A stretch of 64,000 nt of DNA from Ophelia neglecta (Eukaryota): positions 66,898,001 to 66,962,000 of the forward strand of contig OZ260664.1 of assembly GCA_965285935.1 (NCBI GenBank). Reading direction: 5' to 3'. The translations under genes were made by a program, and so were the position numbers. Position 1 is the first letter of the stretch; each line of letters starts with the position of its first letter. Positions 56,301 to 64,000 of the stretch are shown here, one piece after another. Below the pieces are notes generated by a model. That model had not been told where the DNA came from. It saw only the letters and a program-made list of their open reading frames with translations, and searched no databases.

Positions 56301-58912
56301 TTTCAGTCCTCATGAGTTTGTGTTTTACATTCTAAAAACTCCATCGGTCAAATGTTTAGTAAGGTGAATGATATGGCACTTTAAATTGAATATTCATTGT
56401 CAGACACTGAATCTTATCTTTATGCACCATAGCACAGCAACCTATATTACCTGTGCTGGACCCATCCTTCTAGCAAATTTGAACCATTGATTTGGTTATC
56501 TGAACTTACGCTAGCAATTTAACTTGATGCCGATAAATATGCTAAGTACTGATATAGTTATTTCCCAATATATGCAATAACCTATTTTGTAAATTATTTG
56601 CTATTACATAATGCTTGCACTTGGCACACTGAGAAATCAACCTGAATAAAATATCTCCTGACTCCGGAGTTTGAAAAAAATTAAAACACAATCTAAATGC
56701 ATCAATGGCAATTGACAGCTAACCTGTGTCTCTAACATGTGTGCCCCCTGGCTTGTACATTTCATTTGTGACTAATCGAATTATAATTTGCCTCCAAGGG
56801 AATAGAGCATGTGCACCTACAAGAACACAGCAGCAACAGTTTATCATTTCAACATATTTTATGGCATCGGCAGCAAACCTGCTTTCCGACAGATTATGCA
56901 TTGATGATCAATAGATTAATATCAGCAGAATTATTGCATTTTAATAAGGGCTGTGAAAAAAAAAGAATACTCACAGTCAAAATACAGCTTCCCACAGTGA
57001 TGCCTTCTGGGACTGAGACATTATAAAATGACTGGTCAAATATGGGTTGGTTGTCGTTTACGTCCCGTATCCTTACGACGACCGTGGCCGTGGCCGAGAG
57101 AGGAGGTGTACCAGAATCTGTGGCTACCACTGTTAATCTCGGCTCCGAAGATGTCTCACAATCTACGCTGGTCTTGGTCATAATTAATCCAGTTCGAGTG
57201 TCGATCTGGAACCAGTCGGAATGCGTTTCTGGGGTGTCTAATAGCTGGTATGTTATGAGCGAGTTGTCTCCATCGTCTTCATCCTCAGCCTGTAGCTGTA
57301 CCACCGATGATCCTGGGGGTACAACCTCCTGAATGTCAGCATAATACACACTCTCTGAGAACCTGGGAGGGTTGTCATTCATGTCTGTGACATATACAGA
57401 AAATGATTTGGTGGTAGTTAGCGGAGGAATTCCATTATCTGTAGCCACAACAGTTAGAGTGTAGTAAGGCTTAAATTCCCTATCTAGGGGTTTAGAAAGA
57501 ATCACAAGATATTTAACATTATCTCTGGTTGTGAGGCCAAAATATCCCTCCCCTCCATTTAGAGTAACGTCAACACTGGGGTCTGCACCATCCATGTCCG
57601 CATCAGAAACAGAAATTCTGGCCACAAAATCGCCAGTCTGGGCAGTTTCTGATATTTTTCCAGTCCCATCCTCTGTAAGAAAAGCTAATTCTATAACTGG
57701 AGCATTATCATTGATGTCCTGAATTTCAACAGACACTATTGCTGTTGTTTGTAACTTCTGAGTCCCATTATCTTTGGCAACCACAATCAGCTCATAGTTC
57801 TGTTTCACCTCATAATCAAGATTCTTTTGTACATAAACCTTGCCATCAGATGCATCAATTCTAAATTTTTCATTGGGATCACTACGCCTATCAATATGGT
57901 AGCTGATTTTACCATTGTCACCTGAATCTCTGTCAGTTGCATAAACTTGTAAGACACTGGTTCCGACTGTCACGTCTTCAGGCACTTTGGCAAAATATCG
58001 ACTCTGATTAAAGATGGGCTGATTGTCATTTGCATCCACAACCTTGACGTTTACCCTCATTTCTCCATACTTGGGAGGATTTCCCCCATCGTATGCCCTG
58101 ATAACAAGTGTGTACGAGGGTGTCTCCTCATAGTCCAGCTCACGATTGATTTCTAAATCCAGGTATAATATTCCGTTCGAAGCTCGTTTTGAGCCAAGTC
58201 GAAAGGCATTATCCACGTTTCCTTCAACAATTTCATACCGTTGGGTTGTGTTTATTCCTTCATCAGGATCTACAGCACTTCCAAGGGCTGATTTAACATC
58301 CAAAGGAATAGATTCAGACAATGTTACATCCATTACAGGGTTAGGAAACACAGGGCTATTGTCATTTATATCAGTCACAGTAACAACAATGGTAATAATA
58401 TCCCCAAAACTTGATAAAACAACTAAGGTATACTCATTGGTGGTTTCTCTATCTAGGACAGCCTTAACTTGGATGCTGCCATCATTAGCAATCTCAATGG
58501 CATCGGCTCCAGCTAATAAAGTATAGGGAGGGTCTGGTGGATTGGTCATGTGCTGTCCAACAGTACCAATAATATGACCTATTGGAGAATGCTCTGGCAC
58601 ACTTAAAACTTGTTTCACTCCATTGCCTTGACAAGTCCCATGTTTCACTAATAACAGCATTGTCCACAACAGACAAGTCAACATTTTTGTCCAGGTAAGA
58701 TGATGCTGGAAGAGTGAATTTGTGCACATCTTCACAGGTCTCCTTACATTTCCCCCAGTTTTAGTAATCTGTGCTATGCCTGGTGTTCTCTCTGGGTTGT
58801 AGGTAGAATGGTTTGTAGAACTGCCTGGTAAGGGGCAATCCTCCCGTAGTAGAATGCCTTCTTCTCTCCTCTGTTTGTACTCCAGTACATACAGTGAATC
58901 CACAACTGACAT
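5730..58912 (-). CDS. ds: Protocadherin Dachsous (ds/DCHS1-like), complete spliced gene model with 16 coding exons
   Basis: Join of 58912(or 58729/58684)-56975, 16741-16555, 16434-15973, 15791-15616, 15445-14347, 14145-13141, 12876-12637, 12422-12288, 12039-11830, 11558-11189, 10993-10596, 10348-9632, 9389-9103, 8998-8863, 8693-8522, 8358-5730. All introns are GT-AG and phases are consistent. Length is 3386/3325/3310 aa. I counted 27 cadherin repeats with no EGF/LamG domains, which excludes Fat and Flamingo. The cytoplasmic motifs SASSGRGSAE, EYLARLGI, GSYNWDYLLDWGPQYQPLAAVFSEIARLKD and PSFTPSLSPL are characteristic of Dachsous. Confidence 0.95.
8522..8693 (-). CDS. ds: ds coding exon 15 (EC23)
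   Basis: Acceptor ttccag|GT, donor ACAG|GTATAT (phase 2). Confidence 0.9.
8863..8998 (-). CDS. ds: ds coding exon 14 (EC23)
   Basis: Acceptor ccccag|GTG, donor ACTG|GTCAGT. Confidence 0.9.
9103..9389 (-). CDS. ds: ds coding exon 13 (EC22)
   Basis: Acceptor ttccag|GC, donor GAG|GTAAAC. Confidence 0.92.
9632..10348 (-). CDS. ds: ds coding exon 12 (EC20-EC21, start EC22)
   Basis: Acceptor ttttag|GA, donor GAAG|GTAAGC. Confidence 0.92.
10596..10993 (-). CDS. ds: ds coding exon 11 (EC18-EC19)
   Basis: Acceptor tttgcag|T (G-EFDREK). Donor AAAG|GTTCAT is weak but phase-consistent with the next exon. Confidence 0.88.
11189..11558 (-). CDS. ds: ds coding exon 10 (EC17-EC18)
   Basis: Acceptor tttcag|CT, donor CTGG|GTAAAG (phase 2). 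Confidence 0.92.
11830..12039 (-). CDS. ds: ds coding exon 9 (EC16-EC17)
   Basis: Acceptor tttcag|CC, donor GTTG|GTAAGT. Confidence 0.92.
12155..12235 (-). mobile_element. 5'-truncated retroposon (SINE/RTE-type 3' tail) flanked by a 15-bp target site duplication
   Basis: Perfect direct repeat GATCTGCTAAAAGAA at 12140-12154 and 12236-12250. The insert (minus strand) ends CCCGATATGACC..TGTTGAAAGGGACGTTAAAACCCATACA, which resembles invertebrate SINE/RTE 3' ends as I recall them. Confidence 0.7.
12288..12422 (-). CDS. ds: ds coding exon 8 (EC16)
   Basis: Acceptor cttcag|AT, donor ACTG|GTAAGG. Encodes DLNAELQY...LDREQKQDWVIT. Confidence 0.9.
12637..12876 (-). CDS. ds: ds coding exon 7 (EC15-EC16)
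   Basis: Acceptor tatcag|GC, donor ATAG|GTAAGT. Confidence 0.92.
13141..14145 (-). CDS. ds: ds coding exon 6 (EC12-EC15)
   Basis: Acceptor ctacag|CC, donor TCTG|GTATGT, 1005 nt, phase 1-1. Confidence 0.93.
14347..15445 (-). CDS. ds: ds coding exon 5 (EC9-EC12)
   Basis: Acceptor tttcag|GTG, donor AAAG|GTAAGT. Lies in ORF 14333..15469 with cadherin motifs. Confidence 0.93.
15616..15791 (-). CDS. ds: ds coding exon 4 (EC8)
   Basis: Acceptor ctttag|GT, donor CAG|GTAATA. Encodes GNPRVSYSVVSGDPDG...SAQ. Confidence 0.9.
15973..16434 (-). CDS. ds: ds coding exon 3 (end EC6, EC7, start EC8)
   Basis: Acceptor ctgtag|AT, donor CCTG|GTAAGT, phase 1-1. Confidence 0.92.
16555..16741 (-). CDS. ds: ds coding exon 2 (EC6: VSATDPDCG...ASDQ)
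   Basis: Acceptor ttaccag|GTG and donor CAAG|GTAAGC. Continues GSCILT|VSATDPDCG in frame. Confidence 0.92.
27705..27800 (+). repeat. Short minisatellite, ~26-bp unit (attcatcttatagttcttaagatatc), about 3.5 degenerate copies
   Basis: Directly visible tandem copies. Confidence 0.7.
48011..48025. repeat. Poly-G tract (G15); similar tracts at 1961-1974 and 39948-39959
   Basis: Homopolymer runs seen directly. Confidence 0.7.
56975..58912 (-). CDS. ds: ds coding exon 1: signal peptide, EC1-EC5 and start of EC6
   Basis: Lies in ORF 56894..58987. In-frame ATGs at 58912, 58729 and 58684. Hydrophobic signal-like segment MLTCLLWTMLLLVKHGTCQG. DxNDNxP, LDRE and AxDxG motifs present. Donor ACT|GTGAGT at 56975/56974 (phase 0). 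Exon acceptor tctctatttcag| at 59077. True start ATG uncertain. Confidence 0.92.
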
Positions 58913-59349
58913 TATCCCAATTTTAATTGTAATCAAGCCTATCAACTGGTAAACATGACCATTTGCAGGTGTATAAGCCACACACAAGTGTGTTCTGCCG
59001 TCACAAACAAACTTCAGAGGCTACCTGCCGTGTTGTTTACATTCTTAATGGTCATCCTCTGTTTGTTTGCCTCCTTCCTGAAATAGAGATAAAACACACT
59101 TTAATCTTCAATTGTATGTGTGATAAATAAGAAACAGATTATCCACATGTAAACAAATGTTTAACAGCATACTAAGTTGAAGTTTACACTTATGATAAAT
59201 TTGATTGCAGACACAACTGTAGGACACTTTGACATATAAGCCGATACATTTAGCTTAATTGTGACACTTTATTTCTTAATGTGTTACTAACTTATTCAAT
59301 ACATAGAATACCAACCAGGTCCCCATGTAAAAGAAAAAAAAGTTGAAAA

Positions 59350-60250
59350 TGCGTATGACGCTTTTTATTTTCAGAAATGCACGATCGAATTTCTGCACGG
59401 GGTTGTGAATTTACTGATGAGAAGCTCCGATAGCTGTTCCAATGTTGAGCCGCTGATGTGCATAATCGGACGTGTTCTGAGGTGATTTTAGTCCAATGTT
59501 GGCAATATTTGCATTGATATTCTACAATATCAAACATACCAGCATCAGGTTAGATTTGTATTATCATTAAGGCTTCAAGTAAAATGAAAATCGCGTCAAA
59601 AACACCTTCGTTCGAGACAAGTAGGAGGAACCTTTAACGGCGGGTGTAGTGAAGTGCTACAGGCTCTTACTTTGACACCGCAAATGGCTTCGGCCAATTC
59701 ATAGTCACTCAGAGGAAAGAATGCGCTTCTTTCGCATGAAATAACTGAATGAAACATGTGAAATAGAACAGAGCACTGAAATTACGCATTGACGGACAAT
59801 TCTGATGATAACTCAACACTTACCGTGTTCTGTTTCTTGCACAAAATGACCATTTTTGACGAGACTGACTTGCTTCGATACAACTACAACGATCACCAGG
59901 CCTTTCACTGGCGAACTGGGTCAGAAGGGACTGAAAGGAGAATGGGACTTTGCGCACAGGTGAGCTAACGAGCAAAAGTTGAATCAAGGTGGATATTGCT
60001 GTTTATTTAACTCGTTGGAAATACATCTTTATTAGGGTCCACTTAACATTAGTACGCCTGACGTAATTAGAACAATTATTAGTGAAAACAACGTCTTCAA
60101 TGTGATGGATGTCGCGGAAACGTTTCTAATGCACAGAGTACCCAATTCCGAAATCCCTTGTTGCAAAGATTTGCACCTGTGTCACGTGCTGCATTAGCTA
60201 GAACAGACTAAGGCGCCTGAAATGCATGTGGTGCAGGGCCAGGAGTTCCA
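59350..60250 (-). promoter_or_regulatory. CpG-rich promoter region of ds
   Basis: CpG dinucleotides rise abruptly relative to the gene body (judged by eye). Flanks the putative first exon and includes a TGACGT half-CRE at about 60060. Confidence 0.5.
59824..59935 (-). other. ds: Putative non-coding first exon / TSS zone of ds
   Basis: Consensus donor ACG|GTAAGT at 59824/59823 upstream of the 59077 acceptor. Inr-like TCAGTC motifs on the minus strand at about 59863-59868 and 59929-59934. Locally CpG-rich. The 5' end is uncertain. Confidence 0.55.
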
Positions 60251-60814
60251 GATAGACTACAATAAACTGTGAAATAAATAAATGAATGTGGTGAAAGGTT
60301 ATTAAAATGTATTACCATTAATATGCCTGATATTACTTTTTATCGCGAAGTGCCATTTTTTAATGATATTGCTATTTAAATGCGAAAAATATGCGTTTAC
60401 AAGTGTATTTTAATGTTTTCGCCGCTGTATTTTGTTGGGATCTGAATCAATACTTGTTTTTAAAAATTTAATAGTATGTAGCTGGATAAACTCTGCAAAA
60501 ATTATGCGCTTTCAGGATCTAGGGCAGGTATAGGCAATAGGATTGTTATATAGATACTGTAATCGAAAACACTAAGGATGCAGGCCTAGACCACGATAAA
60601 ACAATATCGATTGCATTTATGGGATAAATATGGTACATGAAAATTGCTACTTGATATATACAGCGATGTTTTTTTTTTGTATTTATAAATATTATACTAT
60701 CTCCGCAAAATCCTCGGCCCAAAATTCCTTCTATGTAGGCTAAAACAAAGAACTGCATAAAATATTTTCCCAAGACAGGTTGCGGGTCTAGGCATAGTCC
60801 AAACGTGAAGGACG

Positions 60815-60831
60815 ATATATATATATATATA
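60815..60831. repeat. (AT)n microsatellite
   Basis: atatatatatatatata. Confidence 0.7.
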
Positions 60832-63800
60832 GTTTTTATCCGTGGCTATTATGGTTATGTTTGATGTTGTCAGTTTTGTAAAACACTATTTGAGCGATTT
60901 TGCTTAAGAGAAAGATGCTACAAAAGTCAGTTCGATAGATCATATATAACCAAACTAGGTTCCACCTATCGGACAGATCTGCGAGTGCCTAGCCCCTAGT
61001 TCGGTGCAAAGATTTGGGGCAAACTTTCAGTGGCGACACTTAACGAGTAGGGCGGAACTTTTATCCTACATTCAGCTTCTATTCAAGTAACTTTGAGTAG
61101 TTCAATGAGGACGTACTACTAGGCGAGCGTTTCCAAGCGTCCTTTGCAGATCGCCTTGAAGGTTTGTCGGCAGGTTTAAATACGACATGAATGTTACAGT
61201 GCGCTGGCCTGTTATCGTGACGCAAATCTACATATATGACTTAAATTCCAGTGCGAACGTCAAGATTGATAGTTCGTGCATATTAAATGCTTCGTGACCA
61301 ATAAGCTCTTATAAAATTGTACAATTAACAATCAAATGAAACCGCAAAACTGTCTACATTTTCAAAAGTTACAAAAATGACTACATTTTCTATGATATTA
61401 CGTGTAATTCCCTAAGATGAAATTACCATGTAACTTGGCTTGGGCCTTCCTTTTTATTCAGTTGATATCAAAATGTAACCCAGTAATATGACAAGTCAAA
61501 TCGGCAAACAAATAATTGATTATATCATTAAAAAAACATTAAAAAAAACATAAGTAAGTTTTAATAGTAATATTGCTTCGGGTGCAAACTAAACAGAAGA
61601 ATAGCTGCTGGTAAAATTAAGTATAGGAATATGTACAAGCTTACCTTTCTTAGAGACACTTGACTTTTCCCATGCATTCAAATAATTCAATTTTGATAAT
61701 ATCCATATGAATCAAGTATCCAATTCAATATGTTTTCTCAGTGTCCAAATCCGCCGGAATGAATATACAGTCCACTGTACCATTGTACTCGCGAATGTCT
61801 TCTGCATAATACAGGCCCGGTATACAGGCCTACATTTTCGACAAGTGCTAAACCATGGACCTGTTGGGAAATATGCCGGAATTCTTTTTATGTGCTACGT
61901 CTAAGAAATTGAGAAGAAATATGTCAGAGTTGATGATTGCTGATCTGATTTTTTCTGAAACCGAAATGAAAAATAGCCCTGTTTCTTGACAATCATTACT
62001 TATCCTGTGATGTTAAAACGTGGCAGTGCTTATGGAATAAACACAGTAATCTCCAATCACATTACTTCCACATAACCTTGGTTTTCTAGTTTAATTAAAG
62101 TTGCACCTAAACGCCATCCTTAGAGGTTCGTGCTTCACAGATTGTTTTTAATGTTGCTCTTTTATAATCTTACTGTCCGAAAAGTTCATTTAAACCGATA
62201 AAATTCTAGCAGATTTATTTTATAAATTCGTATTTATTTTGTCGCCTTTGTTGAGAATAATCTTCATTTATGAATCCGCCTCATATTCAGTTGGTTTATA
62301 TCGACATAGTTACAAAGACTATGTTTATACAATTCTCAAGTGAGCAGACACATGCTTGCTTCCCTCCGACTGTCCCCCCAGGCGATTTTCTATTTGGTAC
62401 ATAAGTGAGTAACACTCTTGTGTGAAACTTGCAGTCTAGTCATCAACCTATCAGAGCAGGGGAGGAGGGTTACAAGAATTCTGGAATGAGGCTATACGGG
62501 GATTAAGTTTCTAGATGAGATTATGCATAATCAATCAAGTATGTAGATTTGTAACTTTAATATCGTTGTGTTTTCTCATGTTCTATTATCACGGCAGCTG
62601 ATAAAAGTTTTTTTGAGCTGTTTGTTTATTCAGATCATATCCTATCGTTGCCTGTCCCACCCAGTCTATAAGGCACTGTTCTCTGTCAACTTCAATTGGC
62701 CAGTATCACAAGACCATAAAACACCCACGGAATTTATGGGGGCTGCTACCAACCTTTGACAAAGGTGGTTCCCAGAGGGAAAACAATTTGTTTTGCGACT
62801 TGTTACCAATGACAAACCAAAGTGAGTTATGGTCAAACTCAGAGGAAGATTCATGGGTCTAACTTGAGGCTACATTATCCGGAAAGTAAAAACGTGTTGG
62901 CAATCAGATAGGTCTCTGGATATTATAACACACTAAAAGGACATTGATAGGGGTCAATTGGAAATCTATAATTTGACCCTTAAGATTAAGTCAAAACAAA
63001 ATTAATTAGATATGGAAATCATGAGCTGTCGGCAATTTTTGCAAGAAATTTGGATATCAATCCCGGGAACTCAATGTTTGCATTTTACTGTAGCAGTCCA
63101 AGTAGTATAAATATTGACATATTCTATAAACTATACTGCTCTCTTACAGCCCGAAATGTGACCATCACACGCTGAAGACGCAATGTATCCCTACCTGAGG
63201 CAATTTCAGGTAGACAGTGACACTCGTGTAAGTCAGACACAGGTGGTACTGGTTTTGGGGGGCCCAGTAGTTCAGGGGAAACACCGTGGCCTTTACCTGT
63301 GTATTCTGTGTTAATCTCCTGACCAAGACAATCATCATTGTGGTCCCACGCGAACATGTATGTCCACAGGACCGTTAAATAAAAAGTCTTATGCTATGAT
63401 GTACGGGGAGAGAAATCCCTTTTGAATAGGCTAAGTAATACAGCTGTTTTTATTTTCCTTCTGACCTAAAATACTGCTGGATACTGTAAATTAAATAAAA
63501 ATATTCGTGACAATTTAATTGGCGAATTTTGCGGCATTTGACACATTCATGTCATCTACACTGTTTGAGAGTCGAAAGTGTGGGGGTTTTCAAACGGCCT
63601 AGAGAAGTTTCAAAGTAGATTAAAATATGTTCTCCTTTCTAAGTACTTTGGTGTGTATCCAGTTTATTCTAAGATGTCAACATATTTCATTTTAGGTAAA
63701 GTTTGACTGGCTACAATCTAAGTACAAATTATCTGCTGCAAAATTGGACAGTCTCCATTACTACTTAAACTGTACTCCCTCCTGCTGGACAGTAGTATGG

Positions 63801-64000
63801 TATAACTGGCGGGTCAATTATGAGCCAATCAGTCCGCGCACTTAAGAGGCTGAATAATGATAGGGTATGAACACTTTGCTTTGAGAGTAATACTATGTAT
63901 ATTAAATCTATATATACTTATATATAACATGCATAATGAAATATCAAACCCAACCTACCACCACTAAAAGCTTTTCAAGTAAGTAAATAACTTGCCTGAT

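Larger units (their letters stand above)
16742..56974 (-). other. ds: Giant ds intron (40,233 bp, phase 0, within EC6)
   Basis: GTGAGT...CAG boundaries join two in-frame parts of EC6. No recognisable protein ORF inside. Confidence 0.9.

Noticed and set aside
17000-56900. Overall enrichment of TEAD motifs (GGAATG/CATTCC) in the intron
   Set aside because: My rough count of about 15 matches the chance expectation for 40 kb at this base composition.
16961-56914. Dozens of 60-127 aa ORFs in the giant intron as a nested protein-coding gene
   Set aside because: Random-like composition, many non-ATG starts, no recognisable domains, and no consistent exon chain.
5730-58912. Identity as Fat/Fat4, Flamingo/CELSR or a classical cadherin
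   Set aside because: No EGF, LamG or GPCR domains; 27 repeats; Ds-specific cytoplasmic motifs.
56894-58987. The 697-aa ORF as a separate single-exon protocadherin, or a clustered-Pcdh-like variable exon array
   Set aside because: It has no TM segment, splices in frame mid-EC6 to 16741, and brings the total to the canonical 27 repeats. No paralogous alternative exons were found in the intron.
60870-60925. Possible degenerate retroelement 3' tail (tgtaaaacactatttgagcg...gatgctacaaaa)
   Set aside because: Too short and diverged to support without a database search.

Overview
Eukaryotic, AT-rich animal genomic DNA, probably from a bilaterian invertebrate such as a lophotrochozoan (inference). 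One complete minus-strand gene dominates the window: dachsous (ds/DCHS), the giant atypical cadherin of the Fat-Ds-Four-jointed planar polarity/Hippo pathway. I reconstructed 16 coding exons by hand. All have GT-AG boundaries and consistent phase, giving about 3310-3386 aa depending on the start ATG. The protein has a signal peptide, exactly 27 cadherin repeats, one TM helix and the conserved Ds cytoplasmic motifs. A 40.2-kb CpG-depleted intron (16742-56974) separates EC1-5 from the rest. A probable short non-coding first exon lies in a CpG-rich promoter zone at about 59.8 kb. Also present: a decayed LINE reverse transcriptase (1-1060), an 81-bp retroposon tail with a perfect 15-bp TSD in a small intron, a second CpG-rich promoter-like region at about 3.3 kb, and small repeats. 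I see no clearly novel multi-gene system. The best leads are regulatory or processing features of ds: tandem furin sites in EC27, a uORF-dense leader, a PPxY motif, 3'UTR Pumilio/miR-8 sites, and possible recursive splice sites and antisense or divergent transcripts.
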